Source: a virus (Duplodnaviria; Caudoviricetes). From it: a stretch of 64,000 nucleotides of DNA. Below are positions 29,550 through 39,163 of the stretch, piece after piece. The notes beneath the pieces are model-generated. The model worked only from the letters and a program-made list of their open reading frames with translations. It made no database searches and had not been told where the DNA came from. The number at the start of each line of letters is the position of its first letter. Within the stretch, counting starts at the first letter, position 1. Both the position numbers and the translations under genes were made by a program. The stretch covers positions 1 through 64,000 of the IMG/VR virus record IMGVR_UViG_3300020046_003652; one strand, given 5' to 3'.

Positions 29550-30788
29550 ATGGCGTCTAAACCATGGAAAACGACAGATGAATTAGTGGAAATGGTAAAA
29601 AGAAAGATAGCATTACCTATCTATCAATCTACTTTTTCTAAACAAGACGTTATTGATTTTCTTAACGAAGAAATGATGATAAGTCAAATTCCGGCATTGT
29701 TACAATATCATGAAGAATATTTTGTATTTAAAAAAGAAATTCCATTAGTTAATAATATTTCAAGATATCCTATGCCAGATCGATCAATCGGAATGCGTTT
29801 ACGTGATATTAAATACGTAGATTCAAATCGTAACTTCTTTGATATGTCACAGATTCCGGCAGATGATAAAGCTTTTTTTCAACGAGCAATTGGATCTAAC
29901 CAAGCATTGCATAAATTCTACATAGAAGGCAATGATATAGTATTAACTCCTACTTTTCTTACATCTCCAAGTGGAAGCTTAGCGTTATACTTTTACATTA
30001 GACCTAATCAGTTAGTTGAAAACTCAAGAGCTGCAATATCTACTAGTTTTGTTAAGACTGTTACTATTTCAAATAATGCAACAGTAACCGATTCGTTAAA
30101 TACTATAGTAATAAATAATGTGTCATTTGTTCCTAAAACAATATTAGATCCAGGTGCAGTAAATGAATTTCTAATAGGAGTAGATGCAAACGCAACTGCT
30201 AATAACTTAGCAAATGCTATAACTACTTCTGCTTCATTTAATTATATAACAGCAACTGCTAATACTAATGTTGTAACAATAACTAGTACTAAAAATTCAA
30301 TGTTATGGACTATCAACAACGATACTAATTGTTACACTTTTGTAAATCAACATCAAATAGTTTGTTCGGATGTTATCCCTTCTAATATTACTACTTCAGT
30401 ATTAGTAGATTTACTTCAAACTAATGCTGGTCATAAAATATATGACTATGATATTGTACCTCAAGCAATCTCTGGAAGCACAATCGTATTAAACGATTCT
30501 GATGTTCCTAGTACATATGTTGTAGGTGATTACATATGCGAACAACATGAGTGTATTATTCCTTATCTACCTCCTGATTTACATAACGCGTTAGCAGAAA
30601 GAGCTTCTTCTAGAATTCTTGCTGCACAAGGCGATGCAGCAGGACTTCAGATGGCCCAAGCTAAGATACAAGAAATAGATCAACAGACTAATCGTATCAT
30701 TGGCGATAGAGCAGAAAGTACTCCTCTTAAGTTAAATGCTAGAGGAAGTATTTTACGTTATACTAAAATGGGAAGAAATCGCTGGTAA
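29550..30788 (+). CDS. Putative head-tail adaptor
   Basis: Position before the nozzle-like gene; helical N- and C-termini flanking a beta insert. Confidence 0.5.
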   Translation: MASKPWKTTDELVEMVKRKIALPIYQSTFSKQDVIDFLNEEMMISQIPALLQYHEEYFVFKKEIPLVNNISRYPMPDRSIGMRLRDIKYVDSNRNFFDMSQIPADDKAFFQRAIGSNQALHKFYIEGNDIVLTPTFLTSPSGSLALYFYIRPNQLVENSRAAISTSFVKTVTISNNATVTDSLNTIVINNVSFVPKTILDPGAVNEFLIGVDANATANNLANAITTSASFNYITATANTNVVTITSTKNSMLWTINNDTNCYTFVNQHQIVCSDVIPSNITTSVLVDLLQTNAGHKIYDYDIVPQAISGSTIVLNDSDVPSTYVVGDYICEQHECIIPYLPPDLHNALAERASSRILAAQGDAAGLQMAQAKIQEIDQQTNRIIGDRAESTPLKLNARGSILRYTKMGRNRW

Positions 30789-30811
30789 TTTAATTAAAGA
30801 CGGATGTTAAA

Positions 30812-33800
30812 ATGGCAAGCTTAGTTACATTAAAAGCTACAGGATTACAAACTCAGCCCAATCAATTGGACTTAGCCGAGGGTTCGTTATCTGTTGCTTC
30901 TAATATTATTATCGATAGAGATAACGTAATTGAAAAACGTAGAGGATTTAAACTTTACGGTAATTCATTTGGATCATCATCTAATATATCAAAACAATTA
31001 ATGGAATATAGAGACAGATTAATTCGTCATTATTTAGATAAATTACAATACGATAATGGATCTGGAACATTTACTGATTTTCCTGGAACATTTACTGAAC
31101 CAGAAACTGGAATTAGAATTAAATCAGTTGCAGCTAATAATAATTTTTATTTTACCACTTCGCAAGGGGTTCAAAAAATAGCAGCAGCTACTAGCGATTT
31201 AAGTACATCTGTAATTTCTAATGCTGGTGGAGTAAAAGCAATAGATATATCTTCTGCATTAAAATATACATATGGATCTTTAACTGGCTTTTTACCAGTA
31301 GATTCAGCTGTTGCATATCGTGCTGTATGGGGAATAAAAGATGTAAATGGTAATTTAATTTTAGGTACTCCTTCTCCTAGATCTGAAATATACAATCCGA
31401 TTACCCCAGTAATGAATCAAGATTTTATGAGATTATTACAAGGATTAGATAATGCTGCTGCAGTTCCTGCAGGTCAATCATTAACTGATGTTGATTATAC
31501 TACAACATTAGGATTACCTATATATTCAGATGCTACTTTATTACGAACCAACATACTTTCTTTGTCTGCTAAATTAGATACAGATATTTATCCTGCATTA
31601 CCAGCAATAACTACTCCTGATCCTTTTTATACAGCAGGACCTCCTCAATATGTACGTATCAAGTTTGTAGCAGCTCACGGCCTAATAGTTGGAGATTCGG
31701 TTAAAATAACAGGAATGATACCAGATGCGTATAATGGTGTATTTTCCGTAATTAATATTCCAGCAGCAGATACTATAGATATTTCAGTAATTGCTAACCC
31801 TGGAACATATACTTCTGGTGGAGTAGTAACTAAAGTAAAATATCAAACAATATTAGAACCAGATGAGTTAAGCATTCCTCAAACATCAGCACAATTAAGA
31901 AGCATCCAAGATTATATGGATGAGATTATTTTAAAATTACAAACAAGTCCAACTTCAGAAATTACAAATACTAATTTAAATTTATATATAGATGAACTAA
32001 ATGTAACCAAAACCTCTACTGTTAATTTAACTATAAATATTCCTACAGAGGTAGTGAGTGCAGGATTAAATCAATACTTTTTGCAGTTATATCGATCTAA
32101 TATAACAGAAGCAATAGGAACCACGGTATTAAGTGAATTGGTTCCAGATGATGAAATGAAATTAGTATATGAAGCTTTTCCAACAGCATTAGAATTAAGT
32201 GCTAATGTTATGTTATTTGAAGATATAACACTAGATACTTTCGCTGGAGCTAATTTATATACAAACGAAGCGACAGGAGAAGGAGCATTACAAGCAAATG
32301 ATGCGCCTCCTTACGCTAAAGATTTAGCTAGATTTAAAAATGTTACGTTTTATGCTAATACTAAAAATAAACAAAAAAAGCTATTATCTTTATTAGGTGT
32401 ATCTAATATGATAACAGATTACAATAACAGTATAATTCCAAAATTAACAATAACAAATGGAACAAATACTGTTACTTATTCTTTTGTTACAGGATTACAA
32501 GAAATAACAGATATAACTTGTGTAGCTGATGTTGCTGATAGTTTAAATGGTACATATTTTGATATATATTCAGCAGAAGATGTAACTAAATATCGTTTTT
32601 ATTATAAAACATCAGGGGGGACTGATACTCCTCCAGCTATAACTACAGAAACTCTAGTTAAGATCTACATAAACACTAACGATGCCGACACTAGTGTTGC
32701 GGGTAAAACTAAAGACATATTAAACGTATATGGTGTAGATTTTATAGCCGAAGATAACACGTTACCTACTATACAAGTAACAACTACTGGATTTGGGTAT
32801 ACGACAGATGCGTCTGCTGGAACTACAGGATTTACAGTTACAGTTACACAACAAGGTAGAGGTCAATCTATATCCACTAATCCTAAACAGGTTCTTCTTT
32901 CAACTAACATATCTCCAGCAGTAGCTGTCGATGAAACAGCAAGAAGTTTAGTTAATATAATAAATAAAGATACCTCCAGTCCAGTATATGCTTATTACTT
33001 ATCTTCAGCTAGTGGTGTTCCTGGTAAATTCTTTTTAGAAGCAAAATCACTAAATTCTGATGTATTATATATGTTAACCAATAATTCAGTTACTGGAGCA
33101 TCTTTTAATCCAGATTTGAGTCCTACTTCTAGTATTACTGCTATTTCTTCTGCAAATCCTACTGTAATAAATACTAGTGCTCCTCATGGTCTAGTCAATA
33201 CTTCAACTGTTGTTATTTCATCATCTAATTCTCCAACTAACATAGATGGCAAATATTCAGTTACTGTAGTCTCTTCTACTCAATTTAGTATCCCTGTCGA
33301 TTTATCTGCTATGGTAGTAGGTTCATATTCTGCAGTTTATTCTAAAACATCAGATGTTGAAGCAAGTGAGAATGAAACAAAACCAAATAGAGTTTATTAT
33401 TCTAAATTAGACCAACCAGAAGCCGTTCCGTTGTTTAATTATTTCGATGTAGGTGATTCAGATAAAGCTATCCTTCGTATTTATCCTCTTAGAGATAGTT
33501 TATTTGTATTTAAAGAAGAAGGACTATATCGTATATCCGGTGAAGTATCTCCTTTTACCTTAGCTTTATTCGATTCTTCTTGTAAAATAACAGCTCCCGA
33601 TTCAATAGGAGTAGTAGCTAATTTGATATTTGCTTGGACTAAAAAAGGAATAGAGACAATATCAGAGTCTGGTGCATCCTTAGTGTCTAGACCAATAGAT
33701 AACGATATATTGAAACTAGGAAGTACCAACTATACTAATTTTAAAACAACGACATTCGGACTAGGTTATGAATCAGATAAATCGTATTTAGTATGGACAG

Positions 33801-35104
33801 TAACAAAAACAAATGATTCTGTTGCTAAAATATGTTATAGATATAGTACCGTTACGGGAGCATGGACTACGTACGATAAAACTAATACTTGCGGAATAGT
33901 TAAAGTTCTAGAAGATAAATTATTTCTAGGAGCAGGTGATATTAATTACATAGAAGAAGAAAGAAAGACATTCACAAGAACTGATTATGCTGATCGTGAA
34001 TTATCATTTCAAATAAACAGTAATGCTTACTCTGGTAATAAAATTAAATTTACATCTATAACTGATTTTGAAATAGGTGATGTACTAGAACAACAACAGA
34101 CTCTTACTCCTTATATATATAATATGTTATTAAAGAAATTAGATTTTGATCCTGGTTCTAATTTTACATCGTTTTATACAACATATCAAGCTTTGGGTGG
34201 AAATAACATGCGAGATAAGTTGGTAGAGTTAGCTCAAAAATTAGATACATTAGGATTAACTTTTACTGATTACGAAAGTGTAATTGATTCTAAAACCGGA
34301 AGTATAGGTTCTCAAACAATAGGAGGATCTGCAGTTGAAATAACATCAACTGCTCATGGATTAAAAACCGGAAGATATATTAACATATTTGGAAATACAT
34401 CAACTCCTAGTATTAATGGAGATTGGTTAGTTACGGTTATAGATGCTAACACTTTTAGTATTCCTACTGTGATAAATACTTCGGTTTCTGATGGATCATT
34501 TCTCACTTTAGATGATAATTTTGAAGATGTTAAAGGATGTTATAATCTTATAATAAATAAATTAAACGCAGATCAAACTATAGGGTTTACTAATTATTTA
34601 GAAATAGATACGACAACTAATATCGAAGCAATTGTTACTGATATAAATAAAATAACAAAAACAATAACTTTAAATATAACACTTGACTATGTGGTTGGTC
34701 CTGTTTTATTATATAAGTCATATACTAGTACTGCTGTTTACTCACCAACTACAATGGGTGATCCGTTAGGATATAAACACGTTAGAGAAGCTACTGTAAT
34801 GTTTGAAAATAAAGCATTTACTTCTGCAATACTTAGTTTTGGAAGTGATTTATTACCGATGTATATACCTATTCCTTTCAATGGTGATGGTAATGGTATA
34901 TATGGTCATAATAACTTTGGAGAAGGCTTTTATGGAGGATCATCACATAGTGCTCCATTCAGAACGTTAATACCCAGAGATAGTCAACGGTGTAGAGCAT
35001 TGAATGTTAAATTAGAACATGATGTTGCTAGAGAAAATATAATAATTTATGGTATATCAATTACAGGTGAAGTTGGCTATAGCACAAGAGCTTACAGAGG
35101 TTAA
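30812..35104 (+). CDS. Tail nozzle/tubular protein B-like (1430 aa)
   Basis: RRG[FY] N-terminal motif; VYYSK..QPEAVP...LFVFKEEG propeller-type region; three HGL-containing inserts. Confidence 0.7.
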   Translation: MASLVTLKATGLQTQPNQLDLAEGSLSVASNIIIDRDNVIEKRRGFKLYGNSFGSSSNISKQLMEYRDRLIRHYLDKLQYDNGSGTFTDFPGTFTEPETGIRIKSVAANNNFYFTTSQGVQKIAAATSDLSTSVISNAGGVKAIDISSALKYTYGSLTGFLPVDSAVAYRAVWGIKDVNGNLILGTPSPRSEIYNPITPVMNQDFMRLLQGLDNAAAVPAGQSLTDVDYTTTLGLPIYSDATLLRTNILSLSAKLDTDIYPALPAITTPDPFYTAGPPQYVRIKFVAAHGLIVGDSVKITGMIPDAYNGVFSVINIPAADTIDISVIANPGTYTSGGVVTKVKYQTILEPDELSIPQTSAQLRSIQDYMDEIILKLQTSPTSEITNTNLNLYIDELNVTKTSTVNLTINIPTEVVSAGLNQYFLQLYRSNITEAIGTTVLSELVPDDEMKLVYEAFPTALELSANVMLFEDITLDTFAGANLYTNEATGEGALQANDAPPYAKDLARFKNVTFYANTKNKQKKLLSLLGVSNMITDYNNSIIPKLTITNGTNTVTYSFVTGLQEITDITCVADVADSLNGTYFDIYSAEDVTKYRFYYKTSGGTDTPPAITTETLVKIYINTNDADTSVAGKTKDILNVYGVDFIAEDNTLPTIQVTTTGFGYTTDASAGTTGFTVTVTQQGRGQSISTNPKQVLLSTNISPAVAVDETARSLVNIINKDTSSPVYAYYLSSASGVPGKFFLEAKSLNSDVLYMLTNNSVTGASFNPDLSPTSSITAISSANPTVINTSAPHGLVNTSTVVISSSNSPTNIDGKYSVTVVSSTQFSIPVDLSAMVVGSYSAVYSKTSDVEASENETKPNRVYYSKLDQPEAVPLFNYFDVGDSDKAILRIYPLRDSLFVFKEEGLYRISGEVSPFTLALFDSSCKITAPDSIGVVANLIFAWTKKGIETISESGASLVSRPIDNDILKLGSTNYTNFKTTTFGLGYESDKSYLVWTVTKTNDSVAKICYRYSTVTGAWTTYDKTNTCGIVKVLEDKLFLGAGDINYIEEERKTFTRTDYADRELSFQINSNAYSGNKIKFTSITDFEIGDVLEQQQTLTPYIYNMLLKKLDFDPGSNFTSFYTTYQALGGNNMRDKLVELAQKLDTLGLTFTDYESVIDSKTGSIGSQTIGGSAVEITSTAHGLKTGRYINIFGNTSTPSINGDWLVTVIDANTFSIPTVINTSVSDGSFLTLDDNFEDVKGCYNLIINKLNADQTIGFTNYLEIDTTTNIEAIVTDINKITKTITLNITLDYVVGPVLLYKSYTSTAVYSPTTMGDPLGYKHVREATVMFENKAFTSAILSFGSDLLPMYIPIPFNGDGNGIYGHNNFGEGFYGGSSHSAPFRTLIPRDSQRCRALNVKLEHDVARENIIIYGISITGEVGYSTRAYRG

Positions 35105-35105
35105 C

Positions 35106-35516
35106 ATGAGATTACCTAATTATCGTAGAATATTTTCTAATGATTTTGAAGAACAATTTAAAGATTTGTTAGATAAATTGTCAGGTACATTAAATTCTGG
35201 TATAGAAGTTATTTACGAAGCATTGAATAATAAATTAACGTTTAGAGATAACTTTGCAGCAACAGTTGCCGAGTTTAACGTTATTGTAGATAGTAACGGT
35301 ATTCCTAACGGGACAACTAGTTTCAAGCTTTCTAACTCCTTGAAAATAGAAGGATTATTCGTAATAGCAGCAACCGACACAAGTAATTCTACCTTATATC
35401 CTCCAGGAGCTGTTTTTGTAAGTGGGAATCCTAGTAATACTTCGTATATAATAAGCAATATAAGAGGTTTAACTCCAGGTAGAGAATATAGAATTAAAGT
35501 AGTAGTTTTAAATTAG
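35106..35516 (+). CDS. Virion structural protein
   Basis: ORF track 35049-35516; ATG 35106 just after the upstream stop. Confidence 0.6.
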   Translation: MRLPNYRRIFSNDFEEQFKDLLDKLSGTLNSGIEVIYEALNNKLTFRDNFAATVAEFNVIVDSNGIPNGTTSFKLSNSLKIEGLFVIAATDTSNSTLYPPGAVFVSGNPSNTSYIISNIRGLTPGREYRIKVVVLN

Positions 35517-35578
35517 ATACGATATGTTCGTTTTAACAACTCTATATGTTGTATCTCTACGTAATTTAAAGGGAAAAA

Positions 35579-37792
35579 ATGGCTATAAATTTTAATCAAC
35601 AAAATCCAAATAACCCACAAGGTCAGCTACCTAATCAACAAACACAACAATCGTTTAAACCTAAATCTACTGGATTCACTAATATCCAACGAGTGTTAGG
35701 TGCGAATAAAAACAATAAATTAGGTCAAGCTGTAACTCAAGGAGTACAAGGAACTGTTCAAGGGGTTAAAAGTAATTTACAACAAGAAGTTCAAAAAAAT
35801 AAACAAATAGCAGATAATTACAATAGTCAAATAGGTCAACAACAACATCAAGCAAATCAGGTCATAAGTCAAGTTAATCAACCTGATCCAAATGCTGATC
35901 TATCTCAAATTGCAAATGCTAATCAAGAATTATTTCAAAACGTAAGATCTTCTAATTATACCGGACCACAAGAATTAGGTAATATACAAAAGCTACAACA
36001 ACAAGCTGGAGACGTTGAACAGTTAGGTAAACAAATAGCAGGTAGCAATAGAGAAGGTCTTTTACAACGGTATGTTGGTGGAGATAGATACACTGGAGGT
36101 CAACGTAGACTTGATAATTTACTTTTAGGTCAAACTGGACAAAAAGAGTTAAATCAAGCTCGTCGTGACACTATGGGAATTGATGATAGTATAAGTCAAG
36201 CCAATAGTGAAGCGGCTAATCGATTTATGTCTAATTTAAAATATAAACAAGATGTTGCTGGTAGCATTAATCAACAATTAGGTCAATCTCAAGAAAAGAT
36301 AAATAGTGATATTCAAAACGTATTAAATAATCTACAATCAGATAATCAATTTCTTCAAACTAAAGATAAAGCAGTTCGTGATTATTTATCACAAAGACAA
36401 AAAACAGGTGCAGGTGAAGTTCAGACTCAAACTATGATAGATCCAGTAGATCAGGCTATGGTTGCTTTAGAACGGGCTGGAGTAAGCGCTGGTCAATATA
36501 AAGATCAATTAATGAAAGCTTTAAACGCTGGATTAGATCCGCGTGAATTAGTTAATGCTAGCTTAAAAACAAATTTAGGTCAAAATATAACAAAAGAAGG
36601 AGCAATGACTGGACAACAAGCATCTCAGTTAAACGCCCTATCTAGACTTAGTGGAGATAATTCAACTACGTATAATAAAAATATAGAAGCAACTAAAGGT
36701 GGATTTAATTTTGATATTAATAATATTCAAAAAAATATAGCAGAACAAGAAGCATATAATCAAGCAAATGCAGAAGAAAAAGCTAGAATGTTAGCAGATA
36801 GAGATGCTAGAACTAGAAAAGAAAGAATGGCTGCAGAAAATACAAGAAAAGCTCTATATTTATTAAATCCAGCATTAGGCGCATCAGCTGATATGTTATC
36901 TGGCGATTTCCAAAAAAGCGATGCATACAAAGCACTACAAAAATATGGTGGAATGGATAAAGTATTCGAATTAACAGGTAACACTTCAAATGCCCTAAAT
37001 CGAGCTATGAGCGGAGAACAATCATTAGATTCGGCTTTAAGCGACACTACTAGTAATTTATTAAAAGATATTGCAAATAGACCTGGACAATATATTAATT
37101 TATCTCCAGGGATGACAGCAGAAGACGCATATAATCAAATTAAATCAATAGGATCTAATCCAGGAGATGCATATAATCGCGGTGATATCAAAAAAGGAAT
37201 AGAAAGCGTTGGAAATACGGTTTCTGATGCAGTAAGTAACGTTACTTGTCATCTAGCTGGAACTATGATACGATTAATAGATAACAAATTTAAATCTATA
37301 GAAAATATTAAATTAGGAGATATGTTATATCTTGGTGGAAAAGTTACAGCACTTGGTTCAAGTGTAGCTAACGAATTTTATGATTATAAAAATGAAAAAG
37401 TTACAGGAGAACATGCGGTATTTGAAGATGGAAAATTTATTAGAGTTAAAAATAGTAAAGACTCTAAATTAAATATTGTCAATAATGAAATTATAGTGTA
37501 TATTATAGTAACTGAAAAACATTTAATGGTTACTAACAATATAATATGGGCAGATTATGCTGAAACTCCATTTGCTATGTCTTTAACCGATGATCAACGA
37601 TTGACTTGGTTAAACGATCAAGTAGATAGAAATAAAGAATTAGAAATTATTCAAAAGGATTTGAACAATGAAATTGCGATTAATGAAGAGAAAAACAGAA
37701 TATCGGTATTTAAACCAATTATGGAAAAAATACAAGTATTTACCTCCTCATTTAAGTATTTTACCAAAAACAAGTTATTTTGTTTTAGATAA
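35579..37792 (+). CDS. Internal virion/ejection-type protein with C-terminal Hint domain
   Basis: Q/N-rich; VT-CHLAGTMI..K.IE.I..GD, VTGEHAV, VY...WADY. Confidence 0.75.
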   Translation: MAINFNQQNPNNPQGQLPNQQTQQSFKPKSTGFTNIQRVLGANKNNKLGQAVTQGVQGTVQGVKSNLQQEVQKNKQIADNYNSQIGQQQHQANQVISQVNQPDPNADLSQIANANQELFQNVRSSNYTGPQELGNIQKLQQQAGDVEQLGKQIAGSNREGLLQRYVGGDRYTGGQRRLDNLLLGQTGQKELNQARRDTMGIDDSISQANSEAANRFMSNLKYKQDVAGSINQQLGQSQEKINSDIQNVLNNLQSDNQFLQTKDKAVRDYLSQRQKTGAGEVQTQTMIDPVDQAMVALERAGVSAGQYKDQLMKALNAGLDPRELVNASLKTNLGQNITKEGAMTGQQASQLNALSRLSGDNSTTYNKNIEATKGGFNFDINNIQKNIAEQEAYNQANAEEKARMLADRDARTRKERMAAENTRKALYLLNPALGASADMLSGDFQKSDAYKALQKYGGMDKVFELTGNTSNALNRAMSGEQSLDSALSDTTSNLLKDIANRPGQYINLSPGMTAEDAYNQIKSIGSNPGDAYNRGDIKKGIESVGNTVSDAVSNVTCHLAGTMIRLIDNKFKSIENIKLGDMLYLGGKVTALGSSVANEFYDYKNEKVTGEHAVFEDGKFIRVKNSKDSKLNIVNNEIIVYIIVTEKHLMVTNNIIWADYAETPFAMSLTDDQRLTWLNDQVDRNKELEIIQKDLNNEIAINEEKNRISVFKPIMEKIQVFTSSFKYFTKNKLFCFR

Positions 37793-38087
37793 AAACAATA
37801 AAATAATAGCTTCTGGGTTATTATTTTTAACTAATGGTAAACTAGCAATGATTGGATGGTTGATAGTTGATAAAGATATTAAAAATAAGAAAGTAATAAT
37901 GAATTTTTTAATTAAGAATCTTATAAATAAAGCAAAAGAAAAAGGTATAGTATGTATCTATACTTATAGTAAACATTCTAGTATGCTTTATATGTATAAG
38001 AAAATAGGATTTAAAAAATATGGTTCAGGAATAAATACATTAGGATTTAGTTGTAATAATATTAACTTAGCTTTTATGAAGGAATAA
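37668..38087 (+). CDS. GNAT-family acetyltransferase-like protein
   Basis: IIASGLL...GWLIVD...LINKAKEKG...MYKKIGF. Confidence 0.7.
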   Translation: MKLRLMKRKTEYRYLNQLWKKYKYLPPHLSILPKTSYFVLDKNNKIIASGLLFLTNGKLAMIGWLIVDKDIKNKKVIMNFLIKNLINKAKEKGIVCIYTYSKHSSMLYMYKKIGFKKYGSGINTLGFSCNNINLAFMKE

Positions 38088-38090
38088 CAA

Positions 38091-39158
38091 ATGGCTCCAT
38101 TAATGATCGCAGCAATAGCAGCTCCAGTAATATCCGGCGCAATGGGTCACTTCCTTGGCGCAGGAGATAGGGCAGCAGCCGCTGCGAAATCTGCAGAAGC
38201 AGTACAAGGGTTGATAGATGTAGGATTACCTCCTGATCTATCTAAACGATTAGTACTTGAAGAATTCCAAAAAGCAGGAATGCTAGATCCAGAAACAGAA
38301 AAAACTATTAACATGAATGTATCTAAAGTTGCTGGAATCCAAGAAGATTCTAAACTTAAAGATGCACAAATGTCTTCTTTAGAATTACTAAGTCAAAGAG
38401 CTAATACCGGATTAAACCCAGAAGATATGGCTGCTCTTAATAAAATAAGAGATCAATTAGCTAGAGATCAAAATGCAAAACAACAACAAATAGTTCAAAA
38501 TTATCAAATGCGTGGTATGGGTGGTTCTGGTGCAGAATTAGCAGCTGCGTTATCTGCAGAACAATCAGGTGCAAATCAAGCTTCACAACAAGGTGATCAA
38601 TTAGCAGCAATGGCATCTCAAAACGCATTACAAGCGGCTATGCAATCTGGTCAATTAGGTGGATCTATCAGATCTCAAGATTTCGATGTTAGTAAGACTA
38701 AAGCTGGTGCAGAAGATGAAATGAATAGATTTAATATTCAAAATCAATTAGGACAACAACAAAGAAACGTTGCAGCTAAAAATCAAGCACAACAGTTTAA
38801 TTTACAAAATGAACAAAATTTAATGAATGCTAATACACAACAAGCAAACACCGAAACTCAAAGACAAAATCAAGCTAAACGTGATTTTTATACAGATAAA
38901 ATGAATAGAGCGTCTGCATTAGGTAATGCATTAAATGGTCAAGCTAATCAATTAAACAATCAAGCATCAGCTACTGGTCAAATGTGGTCAGGAGTAGGTT
39001 CTGGAATAGCTACAGGTATTGCTGGATATGGTAAGTATCAAAATGATCAAGCTTTAAATGAATCAAATATTTCAAAAAATGCAGCAGAAGCTAATTATTA
39101 TAATAGACTAAATACTCCTCCTGCAAATAATCCTCTTTTGATTAAAAAACAAGGATAA
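38091..39158 (+). CDS. Ejection/pilot-type internal protein
   Basis: G/A-rich hydrophobic ends with a Q/N/A-rich coiled middle. Confidence 0.6.
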   Translation: MAPLMIAAIAAPVISGAMGHFLGAGDRAAAAAKSAEAVQGLIDVGLPPDLSKRLVLEEFQKAGMLDPETEKTINMNVSKVAGIQEDSKLKDAQMSSLELLSQRANTGLNPEDMAALNKIRDQLARDQNAKQQQIVQNYQMRGMGGSGAELAAALSAEQSGANQASQQGDQLAAMASQNALQAAMQSGQLGGSIRSQDFDVSKTKAGAEDEMNRFNIQNQLGQQQRNVAAKNQAQQFNLQNEQNLMNANTQQANTETQRQNQAKRDFYTDKMNRASALGNALNGQANQLNNQASATGQMWSGVGSGIATGIAGYGKYQNDQALNESNISKNAAEANYYNRLNTPPANNPLLIKKQG

Positions 39159-39163
39159 TTGAT

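Noticed and set aside
37247-37567. Canonical splicing intein
   Set aside because: It lacks the C-terminal His-Asn plus Cys/Ser/Thr junction and an endonuclease, so it is better read as a cleavage-only Hint domain.
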